From Bifidobacteriaceae bacterium (GTDB taxonomy: Bacteria; Actinomycetota; Actinomycetes; Actinomycetales; WQXJ01), in the NCBI GenBank assembly GCA_031266115.1, contig JAISBQ010000253.1:1-36339 (forward strand): a DNA stretch of 36,339 bases. The letters are read 5' to 3'. Both the position numbers and the translations under genes were made by a program. The notes beneath the pieces were generated by a model. The model was not told the origin of the DNA, searched no databases, and was given only the letters and a program-made list of their open reading frames with translations. Position 1 is the first letter of the stretch. Every line of letters begins with the position of its first letter. Of this stretch, positions 8,512 through 17,316 are shown piece after piece.

Positions 8512-9783
8512 GTGACTGAGTACCTTCCACGAATTCTTGATGCCAGCCTCGCGGAAGTCCTTGCCTCACTGCCCGCCGTCGCCGTCGATGGCGCCAAAGC
8601 GGTGGGGAAGACCTCGACTGCCAGCCGCGTCGCACGTTCGCTGTTTGCCCTGGACAGCGAACCAACTGCGGCGAGCGTCCGTCTCGACCCCGCACTGCTC
8701 GCCCAGGCCGCCCACCCCGTGCTCATCGACGAATGGCAGCGTGTCCCATCCGTGTGGGACTGGGTGCGCCGTCAGGTCGATGCCAGTGCAGCCCCCGGGC
8801 AGTACATCCTGACCGGCAGCGCGGTTCCTCGTGGCGCCAGCGTTCACTCAGGCGCCGGAAGGATGGTTCGGCTGCAGATGCGACCGTTGTCGCTGGCGGA
8901 ACGCGGTATCGCCGAACCACGCCTTAGCGTCGCGGATCTCTTGATGCAGCCGGATGCCGCTATCCGCGCTCACACGGATGTCACACTGCGTGACTACGTC
9001 CGCGAGATCACGGCCTCAGGCTTTCCAGGAATCCGTGCCCACACGCCCACGAGCCGCCCACGGTTGCTGGACGGGTATATCGCGACGATCGTTGACCGTG
9101 AGGTTCCCGAGCAGGGCACGATGGTGCGTCGGCCTCAGGCACTGCGCAGCTGGTTGCGCGCTTATGCCAGAGCGACAGCAGGCACGGCGCGCTACGAGAA
9201 GATCCTCGATGCTGCCGTGCCCGAGCAGGGCGATAAGCCAGCCAAGAGCACGGCCGCCGCCTACCGTGACACGCTCGCCTCACTGTGGCTCCTGGATCCC
9301 GTGCCGGCGTGGACGCCCGAAGGGTCAGGGCTGAAGAGGCTCGGAAGGACGCCGAAGCATTTCCTCGTTGATCCGGCGATCGCCGCGCGCCTGCTGCGTC
9401 TGACTGAGGCGCGTCTGCTGACCGAGGCCGGACCGGTGCCGCTGGGGCCGCAAAAGGGGGCGATCCTCGGCCGCCTCTTCGAGGCACTCGTCGGTCTCAG
9501 CCTCCACACCTACGCGCTCAGCGCCGGCGCCGAACTATTCCACTTGCGAACCCATGATGGATCCCGCGAGATCGACTTCATCGTCGAGGGCGACGACGCC
9601 ATCATCGCCGTTGAGGTCAAGCTGTCTGCCACCCTCGACGATCACGACGTGCGCCACCTCAACTGGCTGGCCGGCGCGTATCGCGACCGCCCCGTCGCCA
9701 AGATCGTCGTCACCGCGGGGGAGTTCGCCTACCACCGCCCCGACGGCGTCCAGGTGGTCCCCGCCGCCCTCCTCGGACCGTAG
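8512..9783 (+). CDS. AAA+ ATPase (AAA_14) with DUF4143 and C-terminal PD-(D/E)xK-like region
   Basis: YLPRILD N-terminus, Walker A GAKAVGKTST, Walker B VLIDEWQ, YILTGS, HSGAGR, TPKHFLVDPA, GRLFEALV, REIDFIVE...AVEVKLS. GTG 8512 follows GGAGG. Confidence 0.9.
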   Translation: MTEYLPRILDASLAEVLASLPAVAVDGAKAVGKTSTASRVARSLFALDSEPTAASVRLDPALLAQAAHPVLIDEWQRVPSVWDWVRRQVDASAAPGQYILTGSAVPRGASVHSGAGRMVRLQMRPLSLAERGIAEPRLSVADLLMQPDAAIRAHTDVTLRDYVREITASGFPGIRAHTPTSRPRLLDGYIATIVDREVPEQGTMVRRPQALRSWLRAYARATAGTARYEKILDAAVPEQGDKPAKSTAAAYRDTLASLWLLDPVPAWTPEGSGLKRLGRTPKHFLVDPAIAARLLRLTEARLLTEAGPVPLGPQKGAILGRLFEALVGLSLHTYALSAGAELFHLRTHDGSREIDFIVEGDDAIIAVEVKLSATLDDHDVRHLNWLAGAYRDRPVAKIVVTAGEFAYHRPDGVQVVPAALLGP

Positions 9784-9861
9784 GGTGACCCGGCGCCCGG
9801 TTGTCGCCTGTGATCCGCTTTCCGATCAGGGCCAGCGCGCTTGGCGCAGGGGGCACACGAG

Positions 9862-9867
9862 TAGTCT
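9862..9867 (+). promoter_or_regulatory. Putative -10 element (TAGTCT) of a leaderless HEPN-ParA transcript
   Basis: TAnnnT hexamer 6 nt before GTG 9874, with no Shine-Dalgarno sequence in between. Confidence 0.5.
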
Positions 9868-9873
9868 GGCCCG

Positions 9874-10314
9874 GTGACCTCCACTCGCGTCCATGTCTCG
9901 TTCCGGGAGCTTCGCAGGGCGGTAAGGCACCATGAGGCCGCCGCAGCGCAGATCACGCCTCGCGGCAACCGCTCTGCGATGCTCCTTCTCTTCTACGCGA
10001 CCGAGTGCGCGCTCAAGGCAGTCGTGCTACGCCAAAGGAACGCCGCGTCGACCGAAGCGCTTGACGATTCACTTCGCAGTCACGATCTCGGTGCGCTGAC
10101 GAAGTCGTTGCGAGTCTCTGCCGAAGTTGGCCGCGATGTGGAGGCGACGTATGATCGTCGGGCCAATCAGGGGCGTCCCATGCCCAAGGTCTCGTTGGCT
10201 CGGACTCATGAGGTGTGGCGCTATGGCGCCAACCTGACCGACGACTCGAACGCTCGCGTGAAGGTCTTACTTGACCGGCTGAGGGATTGGGCCAGAAATG
10301 AGTTGTCGTTATGA
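9874..10314 (+). CDS. Small helical HEPN-like protein
   Basis: 146 aa. LLLFYATECALKA (HEPN ExxLKA), RSHDL, and HEVWRYG near the C-terminus match the HEPN motif order. The stop overlaps the next ATG (ATGA 10311-10314). Confidence 0.7.
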   Translation: MTSTRVHVSFRELRRAVRHHEAAAAQITPRGNRSAMLLLFYATECALKAVVLRQRNAASTEALDDSLRSHDLGALTKSLRVSAEVGRDVEATYDRRANQGRPMPKVSLARTHEVWRYGANLTDDSNARVKVLLDRLRDWARNELSL

Positions 10315-13001
10315 CGCCGTCGCCTGAGCCGATCACCTTTCCCGATCACATCTTTACCTGGATCGACTTGGATGATCACATGGCTGCGCTGGCCTCAGAT
10401 GGCCTGTGGCCAAAGTGGCTGCACGAGTGGAGCGCATACTGGGACTCCGCCGAGATGACCGTTGAAGCGGACACTGAGCCGAACGTCATTGCGACGTGGT
10501 TGGAGGGTTCGCTTGGGCCTCTGTCGGTCCGTGCGGCGGCGCAGGGCGTCTATCAGGTTCGGCTCGACAGCCCACCTGACAGTCCCGGGCGCTGGCTTGA
10601 TCTTCGGATCGCCGAGGGCTCGCGCCCGGTTCCCGCTAGGGTTCCCCGCTGGGGGGTTTCCCGCATTACCTCCTCGTTGGCTGACCCGCTTCCCGAGCCG
10701 GGCGAGGCGTTCCCCGGGGGCGTTCAGGTGGTTGCGACCCACTCCTTCAAGGGAGGGGTTGGCAGGACGCTCCATGCCGTCGCTCTGGCCAAGGCGCTTG
10801 CGGAACGCACTGGCGTGCTCTTGGTGGACGCCGACCTTGAAGCACCGGGCATTTCGTGGATGCGCCCCGGCTCCGCGAGCCAGTCCGACTTCAGCTTCGA
10901 GGACTATCTCGCCATCCTCCACGCCAGCCCCACTGGCTCCTTCGACGAGGCTGTGGCCATAGCGCTGCCCTACCTTGCTGGACAGTCAGTGGGAGGCATC
11001 ACCGTCCTGCCGACCCGCCGAGACCTCGCCCGTCTACGTCCCCCACTTCTGGAGCCACTCAATCTGGTTCAGGGAGCATCGAATCCCTACCGCCTGACCG
11101 AGTCGATCGCTGCCCTCGCCGACGCACTGGGGGCGAAAGTGGCGATTGTCGATCTGCGTGCGGGTATCAGCGAACTGTCCTCACCGATACTCCTCGATCG
11201 CCGTGTGCAAAAGCTGCTTGTCACCAGTGCCAGCGCACAATCGCTGGCCGGCACCCGAATGGTCGTGCGCCAACTCTCACGGCTAGCACCGCTCCGCTCG
11301 GACGATCCGCTGCCCAAACTCCTCGTGACACAGTATCGGGAACGAGAAACCGAAGCCCTTGAGTACGAGCTTGGTCCCGTTGTCGAAGAACTCGGCCATA
11401 TGCGCTTTACGGGGGACGACGATTTGTCCGATGCCGCGGCGATTGGTCTTGCACTCGAACCGCTCATGAGCCCTTTCAGAGAGGACCTCCTGCAACTCCC
11501 TGAGCGCTGGACTCATGTCCTGATCCGGATCCAAAAAGTCGGCTTGTCCAGCGTCATGGACCAGTTCGCCGAGGATCTAGCCAGCAGCCTAGATTCGTCG
11601 GATGAGACGCTATCCACGGTACAGATACTCGATCAGAAAGATCGTCGACAGGCACTAGCTGATCACGCCGACAAGCTCGTCCATGCAGAAGGTGAGACGG
11701 GCGATGGGTTCCTCGCCACCACGTCGCTGCGTCGCCTGGTCAATGCGCATCGGGAACAGCTTCCGCTATGTTTGGTCGTCGGGAAGAAGGGTGCTGGTAA
11801 GACCTTTGCCCAGCTCCAGATGATTTATGCGGGAGACTGGCGGGCCTATGCTCGCCTTGTCCTTCCAGGGTCATCCGCAAGAGATGCGACCGTTGTCCCT
11901 GTACTGACATCTGCAAACTTGGGAGATGCAACACGACATCGAATCGACGAGGCAAACCCGGACAGGAATGTGCTTGATCGCGTATCGCGTGCGCGCGAAA
12001 CGATCGGCGACTATCTTTCTACAGAAGCCTCCGAGGCCGATTGGCGTAGACGGTGGCTTACCCTCTTGGCCCGCTCAATCGATTGTGGCGATGTCGACGA
12101 GGCTGATGTCGAGTCAAGATTTCCCGACATCGTGAAAGGCCGACGTGTCGTCTTTGTTATCGATGGCATTGAAGATGCGTTCCAAGAAGTCGAGGATGAG
12201 CCTCAACAGCAGCAAGGACTTCGTGCCCTCATCACCGGAACACTCGACTGGCTGCGCCGCCTTCCCGGCGGACAAGTGGGGCTGATCGTCTTTGTGCGTG
12301 AAGATCAGGTCCGCGCCGCCTTCAAGCAGAACTCCGATCAGCTACTGGCTAGATATCAGGACTATGCGCTGTCGTGGGACCGTGAAGAAGCTGTGCGGTT
12401 GGCCTATTGGATCACGCAAGTCGCTGACCGCAATCCTAAGACTCTGACCTCAGAAGAGTCGGAGCTGATCCAACGCAAGACGTTGGAGGACCTCACAGGG
12501 GATATGCTTCCTATCTGGGGTGAGAAGATGGGAACGACCAAGTCGAGGAAGGCCAGGTCGCTGAAATGGGTATTGGCCGTCCTATCAGATTTCAATGGTG
12601 ACATTCAGGCTCGGGACGTGGTTCGCTTCTTGGCTGAGGCCGCGGACGCATCGGCGAAAGAAAGAGGATGGGCAGATCGCATCTTGACACCCGGCGGAAT
12701 GCGACGCGCAGTGAAACCCTGTGGTGATATGAAGATCCGCGAGATTAATGAAGAGATGCCAAAGGCGCGTAAGGCACTGGCGCAACTCGGGGCTATCCCT
12801 CAAAATGACCGGAAGATACCATTGGCAGTGAACCTTTATCTGGCCGCTGACCAGGTCGCGCTGTTGAAGGACGTGGGGCTAATCTGGACCAACGAGGAGG
12901 GCATGTGGATGACCGAGTTGGTCAGGGAGGGTCTGGGCTTTAGGTCATCGGGTCGCGGACTCCCGCGGGTGCTGGGGGTCGCGGAGCAGGCCGGCCGCTG
13001 A
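10311..13001 (+). CDS. ParA/MinD-like ATPase (KGGVGR variant) fused to a second P-loop NTPase domain
   Basis: 896 aa. HSFKGGVGRT (~10740-10770), LLVDADLEAPG, IVDLRAG; second Walker A VVGKKGAGKT (~11775-11804), Walker B VFVIDGIED (~12150-12176), LIVFVRED. Confidence 0.88.
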   Translation: MTPSPEPITFPDHIFTWIDLDDHMAALASDGLWPKWLHEWSAYWDSAEMTVEADTEPNVIATWLEGSLGPLSVRAAAQGVYQVRLDSPPDSPGRWLDLRIAEGSRPVPARVPRWGVSRITSSLADPLPEPGEAFPGGVQVVATHSFKGGVGRTLHAVALAKALAERTGVLLVDADLEAPGISWMRPGSASQSDFSFEDYLAILHASPTGSFDEAVAIALPYLAGQSVGGITVLPTRRDLARLRPPLLEPLNLVQGASNPYRLTESIAALADALGAKVAIVDLRAGISELSSPILLDRRVQKLLVTSASAQSLAGTRMVVRQLSRLAPLRSDDPLPKLLVTQYRERETEALEYELGPVVEELGHMRFTGDDDLSDAAAIGLALEPLMSPFREDLLQLPERWTHVLIRIQKVGLSSVMDQFAEDLASSLDSSDETLSTVQILDQKDRRQALADHADKLVHAEGETGDGFLATTSLRRLVNAHREQLPLCLVVGKKGAGKTFAQLQMIYAGDWRAYARLVLPGSSARDATVVPVLTSANLGDATRHRIDEANPDRNVLDRVSRARETIGDYLSTEASEADWRRRWLTLLARSIDCGDVDEADVESRFPDIVKGRRVVFVIDGIEDAFQEVEDEPQQQQGLRALITGTLDWLRRLPGGQVGLIVFVREDQVRAAFKQNSDQLLARYQDYALSWDREEAVRLAYWITQVADRNPKTLTSEESELIQRKTLEDLTGDMLPIWGEKMGTTKSRKARSLKWVLAVLSDFNGDIQARDVVRFLAEAADASAKERGWADRILTPGGMRRAVKPCGDMKIREINEEMPKARKALAQLGAIPQNDRKIPLAVNLYLAADQVALLKDVGLIWTNEEGMWMTELVREGLGFRSSGRGLPRVLGVAEQAGR

Positions 13002-13055
13002 TCATTGGGGCGGGCGACCGCCGACAAAGTCGCGTCTTGACCCGCGAGGACGCGC

Positions 13056-14054
13056 TCACACTCGCGGCGGGGCAACCTGCGAGGCGGATTCCTGATCCTG
13101 GGCCTCGCCAGCGGCCGGGGCGTACTGCATCTGCTTGATCCGCTCCAGCGCGTCCTCCAGCAGGGCACGGTTGGAGCGTTGCAGATCGGCAATCACGAGC
13201 AGTGCGAAGCACAGCAACGACCCGGTGAGCATCGCCGTACCGAAGACCAGGGATTGGATATGGCCGTCTGGGGATCCGGTCACCCAATAGTACAAGAACC
13301 GCGCAAAGGGCAAGAGCCCAGCAACTCCCAGCACGGCACCTATGGTGGCGAACACCATGTACGGCTTGTACATGACATAGGAACGGGCAATGGCTTGTCC
13401 GGACTTCACCATGTGTTGCCCAATGTTCTTGAACAACCGCGATTCGCGTGTCTTCGGATTCGTCGTGATGGGAATGCTCGCGATCCGCAAACGCTTGTTC
13501 CCCGCCTGGATGATGGTCTCCATGCAGTAGCTGAACCTGGTGATGATGTTGAGTCGCATCAGGGCGCCGCGAGAATAGGCGCGAAATCCGCTGGCGGCAT
13601 CGGGCAACGCGGTCCCGGCGGCCGCATTGACCACGTAACTCCCAATCCTCTGCATCGCCTTCTTCACGGGCGAAAAGTGGGAGATGGTCGCAGTTTGGCG
13701 ATCCCCAACCACACGCTCGGCCTGACCCCTCAGTATCGGCTGAATCAGATCGCCGATCCTCGCCTGCGGATATTGGTCGTCTCCGTCGGTGTTGACCACG
13801 ATGTCGGCCCCGTGGGCGAGAGCGTAATCCACGCCGTCGCGAAAGGCTCGCGCCAGACCCATGGTGCTGGTGTGGCGAACAACGTGGACCACGCCGAGAT
13901 TCCGGGCCACCTCGGCCGTCCGGTCAGTCGAGCCATCGTCGATCACCAGAATTTCCACCGTGTCCACGCCGTCGATGCGCCGGGGGATGGTGGCCAGCAC
14001 GTGCGGCAGAGTCGCCTCCTCGTTGAGGCATGGGATCTGAACAAAGAGCTTCAT
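13056..14054 (-). CDS. GT2 glycosyltransferase, polyprenol-phosphate glycosyltransferase/DPM1-like, with two C-terminal TM helices
   Basis: MKLFVQIPCLNEE, EILVIDDGSTDRT, IVVNTDGDDQY, PDAASGFRAYSR, and two hydrophobic segments. AGGA upstream favours ATG 14054; a TAGACT -10-like hexamer lies at 14085-14090. Confidence 0.92.
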   Translation of the reverse strand: MKLFVQIPCLNEEATLPHVLATIPRRIDGVDTVEILVIDDGSTDRTAEVARNLGVVHVVRHTSTMGLARAFRDGVDYALAHGADIVVNTDGDDQYPQARIGDLIQPILRGQAERVVGDRQTATISHFSPVKKAMQRIGSYVVNAAAGTALPDAASGFRAYSRGALMRLNIITRFSYCMETIIQAGNKRLRIASIPITTNPKTRESRLFKNIGQHMVKSGQAIARSYVMYKPYMVFATIGAVLGVAGLLPFARFLYYWVTGSPDGHIQSLVFGTAMLTGSLLCFALLVIADLQRSNRALLEDALERIKQMQYAPAAGEAQDQESASQVAPPRV

Positions 14055-14134
14055 CGGCATTCCTGGTGTGGGTTTGACCCGGCAAGTCTAGGGCGGCGCT
14101 GCGGGCCGCGCCATCGCCCGCCGCCCTCGGGCGG

Positions 14135-15352
14135 TCAGCGGGTCCGGGCGAGCTGGTCGAGGACGAGACCAGCAACCTGGTCTGCACACGGGCGATCACC
14201 CGGGCGAACGCCCTCGCCGGGCACAGTGATCCACTCCCGCGCGAAAGCACGAGCGTCCTCCTCGGTACTTGCCCCACCGACGATGGCGTCCATCAGCTCA
14301 CCCGGATCGCTCACCACCGGGAACGGAGTCTCGCGGGCGATGTCGGTGTACAGGCCGCGGTCCCGTCGGTACGCCTCCAGGTCCGGGGCGAAGAAGTAGC
14401 AGGGCACGCCGAGCAGTGCCGCCTCGAACACCGCCGAGGAATAGTCGGTGGCGAATGCCGAGGCCACCGAGGCCAGCTCGGCCGTCGTGAACCCGTCGGC
14501 GCTGCGGACTCCGCGGACGGCGGGCGCCAACGGGTGCCGCGAGTGGATCAGGGTCAACCCTCGGCTCGCCGCAGCGCGGGCCAAGGCGGCGACATCGGGC
14601 GGAGTGGATCGGCCCGGGCGGTGAGTGGGGGCATAGAGGACTATCGTGCGTCCCTCCAGGTCGGGGTAGGCCGCCAGGATGCGCCGGCGCACGGACTCAC
14701 GCGCGCGGGGGTCAAGGAGCAGATCCACCCGTGGTAGGGGGGCGATCGCGATCCGCTCACGCACAACACGGAACGCCGAGGCATATGGGTCGCGACACCG
14801 TTCGGAACTCACGAGCACCATGTCATAGCCCCGATGCATCCTCCCGGCCTCGGCGATGGCGCGAGATCGGCCGTCCGGCATCCCCACGGCATCCCATCCG
14901 AACCACTTCAACGCCCCCAACGCGTGCCACAGCTGGACCGTGCGCAGGCGCTGTCCCCAGCTCACGCCGGATACGACGGGCGAATACGTGTCCACCACCA
15001 CCACTCGTGCGGTCGCCGCGAGACGCAGTTGGGCCAGGGTGCCCGCCGAGAACCGCAGCCATCCCCGCAGACCTGGGGTTTGGAAACGGGCATCGACCAT
15101 CACGTCGAGCCTCGGATCCCGCCGCCACAAGGCCTCACGCAGGAGGCGAAAGTCTTCCGGCTCCCCGACCTGTTCGCGCGATAGCATCACCACCCGCCGC
15201 CGTGGCCGACACCCCACGCGAACCATCCAGCCCGCTGCCTGGAGACCGACCTGCATGAGCCGCGCAGGCACAACGCTCCCGGCTACGCGCATACGCTGCC
15301 GCAGCCCCCGCGCGGCTCTGGCTCTCCCGTGAGCCACGCCCCGACCCCTCAC
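14135..15352 (-). CDS. CDP-glycerol/ribitol:polyol-phosphate transferase family protein (TagB/TagF-like)
   Basis: VVVDTY, VQLWHALGALKWFG, LPRVDLL, IVLYAPTHR, HSRHP, ATDYSSAVFEAALLGVP. The GTG start overlaps the upstream TGA (GTGA); the true start may be somewhat downstream. Confidence 0.88.
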   Translation of the reverse strand: MRGRGVAHGRARAARGLRQRMRVAGSVVPARLMQVGLQAAGWMVRVGCRPRRRVVMLSREQVGEPEDFRLLREALWRRDPRLDVMVDARFQTPGLRGWLRFSAGTLAQLRLAATARVVVVDTYSPVVSGVSWGQRLRTVQLWHALGALKWFGWDAVGMPDGRSRAIAEAGRMHRGYDMVLVSSERCRDPYASAFRVVRERIAIAPLPRVDLLLDPRARESVRRRILAAYPDLEGRTIVLYAPTHRPGRSTPPDVAALARAAASRGLTLIHSRHPLAPAVRGVRSADGFTTAELASVASAFATDYSSAVFEAALLGVPCYFFAPDLEAYRRDRGLYTDIARETPFPVVSDPGELMDAIVGGASTEEDARAFAREWITVPGEGVRPGDRPCADQVAGLVLDQLARTR

Positions 15353-16614
15353 CGTTCACCCCCGATGGGCGCACCCGCCAGGATCAGGCGTTCGGTGATC
15401 CGCCGGGTCGAACGCCCATCGCAAGCGGAGGCGAACTCGGCGAGAAAAGGCGCCAGGACGTCATCGTCCATGGTGGCGGACCTGATCGCCGCCGCCAAGC
15501 CACGCGATTCAGCGACCACCGGCCCGATGAGATACCGCTCGAACGGCCGGTAGAAGTCGCGGCTCACCGTGTATTCATCCAGGTCAGGCGCAAAAAACAC
15601 GATGGGCCGCCGCAACAGAGCGGCCTCGAAGATCGACGAGGAGTAGTCGGTCACCAGGGCGTCGGCGGCGATGAGCAACTCCGTCATCTCGCGTTCATCG
15701 GTGACGTCAATCAAGCCCGGCACTCGCGCCTCGGGCGCGAGTGACCCGACAAAGGGATGCATCTTGACCACGAGCGTCCACTCGGGGGCAAGATCCCGGA
15801 CCAGGCCGGCCCAGTCCACCCAGGACGCGTCGTAGTGGGCGGTCCGCTCCCCGTGGCCCCGGAACGTCGGCGCGAACAGGACAATCTTCGAGCCGGCCGC
15901 CACGCCGAATCGTGCGCGGACGCGAGCGCGGGTGGCGGCGACGGCATCGGTGTCGAAGAAGGCGTCGGTGCGCGGCACGCCCAGCGCATGCACCCGCGTG
16001 CGGGGAATCCCGAAGGACTCGGCGACGTCGGCGCGGACGCCCTCGGCGCTGGCGGTCGCCCAGGTGTAGTTGCGGTGGATGCGCGAACCCGGCACCGGGC
16101 CGCCCGGCAGACCCGCCCGCGAATGACCAACCCGCTTGAAGGCGCCCACGGCATGCCACACCTGGCCGAGCTCGGTCTCGGGACGCAGGGTGACGTGGTA
16201 GATCATCGGGTAGAAATCGTCGAGGACTATCACGCGGCTGCGCGCCATCACCGCAGGCAAGCCCAACGCCTGACGTAGCGAGCGCAACCCTCGGCCCGAC
16301 GCCCGCAACACCGGGACCACCCGCGTCGACGGAGACTGCCTGGCGATCTCGTCGCGCAGATCGGCGAGGTTCCCGGTGAGCTCGCCGCGTGAATCGGACA
16401 GGAACGCCACCTGCCGCGGGTCCACCTGAATGAGGCGCCGGGCGAACGCGTAGGCGGCGATGTAGTACCAGTAGCGCCACCGTGCGGCGAACAGACTCCG
16501 GCGGACGATGGCGCGCACCACCTGCGCCGGACCCATCCGGATGGCGCGGGCGGCCAGGTGCCCTACGCTCTCGTGACGCTCATCGTCACCGGGGCGACGT
16601 CGCCGTGCTCCCAT
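15349..16614 (-). CDS. tarL: CDP-ribitol/glycerol phosphotransferase, TarL/TarK-like teichoic acid polymerase
   Basis: FLSDSR..LTGN, LDDFYPMIY, QVWHAVGAFKRVGHSRAG..GGP, GVPRTD, LFAPTFRGHG..TAHY, KMHPFV, TDYSS, RDFY, DGRST. These match the S. aureus TarL motifs as I recall them. Start at 16614 or 16626. Confidence 0.85.
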   Translation of the reverse strand: MGARRRRPGDDERHESVGHLAARAIRMGPAQVVRAIVRRSLFAARWRYWYYIAAYAFARRLIQVDPRQVAFLSDSRGELTGNLADLRDEIARQSPSTRVVPVLRASGRGLRSLRQALGLPAVMARSRVIVLDDFYPMIYHVTLRPETELGQVWHAVGAFKRVGHSRAGLPGGPVPGSRIHRNYTWATASAEGVRADVAESFGIPRTRVHALGVPRTDAFFDTDAVAATRARVRARFGVAAGSKIVLFAPTFRGHGERTAHYDASWVDWAGLVRDLAPEWTLVVKMHPFVGSLAPEARVPGLIDVTDEREMTELLIAADALVTDYSSSIFEAALLRRPIVFFAPDLDEYTVSRDFYRPFERYLIGPVVAESRGLAAAIRSATMDDDVLAPFLAEFASACDGRSTRRITERLILAGAPIGGER

Positions 16615-16774
16615 GCGCCGCAGCATCCCTTCTGTCGTGCCGTCGATACCCCACGCCGGCCCCACCCTACTTGGCTGGATGGTCGCTCCGTTCGCCCGCG
16701 GGCCCACGCGATGTCGGAAGTCGTTGACCCGTGGGCTGGTACGGACGGATGAGGCGTCCGAGGCGGATGTGACG

Positions 16775-16846
16775 CGAGTTTCACCTGTGCGGGCTGAAAC
16801 TGGCCGGTGGTGTCTGGGGTGGCCCTCAAACCTGAAACTGGGCGAC
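16775..16846. repeat. Family A REP/MITE-like element, degenerate copy 1
   Basis: CGAGTTTCACC...CCCTCAAACCTGAAACTGGGCGAC; homologous to the copies at 17188, 22538 and 22621. Confidence 0.8.
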
Positions 16847-16894
16847 GAGGACAGGCCAGAGATCGGGTCTCAGGGGGAGGGGTCGTGGGAGCGC

Positions 16895-17060
16895 ATCGAG
16901 ATTGCGGAATACCAGGCTCCACAGGGGTGTCACCGGATCGAGATTGTCGAATACCAGGGTCCGATGCCGAAAACCGGGCCCCAGGGGCGGCGGAAGCCTG
17001 GTATCCGACAATGTCGATCTCGCCCGAGGGTTCCGGAACCTGGTATTCGACACTCTCGAT
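16895..17060. repeat. Family B: four 22-bp units arranged > > < < (nested palindrome)
   Basis: ATCGAGATTGCGGAATACCAGG 16895-16916; ATCGAGATTGTCGAATACCAGG 16937-16958; inverted CCTGGTATCCGACAATGTCGAT 16997-17018; inverted CCTGGTATTCGACACTCTCGAT 17039-17060. Confidence 0.9.
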
Positions 17061-17187
17061 GCCCACACGATCGCCCAGCAGGGCCACGACCTCCACACAC
17101 CGGGCCATCCCCGCGTGCCCCTCGCGATACCCCCTCCCCGACCCGCCTGCTGCGACCCCTCAGCCCCCGTCTACCGGTCTCCGGATG

Positions 17188-17249
17188 GCCGAGTTTCGCC
17201 TTTCCGGGCCGAAACCGGCCGATCTGGCCCGCAAACCTGAAAAACTTGA
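17188..17249. repeat. Family A REP/MITE-like element, copy 2
   Basis: GCCGAGTTTCGCCTTTCCGGGCCGAAACCGGCCGATCTGGCCCGCAAACCTGAAAAACTTGA; closely matches the reverse complement of 22621-22683. Confidence 0.85.
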
Positions 17250-17316
17250 TGGTTTGGTGGAGTGCTGGGGGGATGCCCCTTGTTCGCCCGCGGCGCCGTG
17301 GTGTCCTCGGCGCTGG

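Noticed and set aside
10311-13001. Plasmid/chromosome partition ParA or tyrosine kinase
   Set aside because: No parB/parS or rep gene; 896-aa fusion with a second NTPase; no C-terminal Tyr cluster.
14090-14127. 9-bp inverted repeat AGGGCGGCG/CGCCGCCCT as a terminator
   Set aside because: Long loop, no U-tract and very GC-rich; too weak to list as a feature.
16895-17060. Mini CRISPR array
   Set aside because: Only four units, two of them inverted, 20-bp spacers, and no cas genes in the window.
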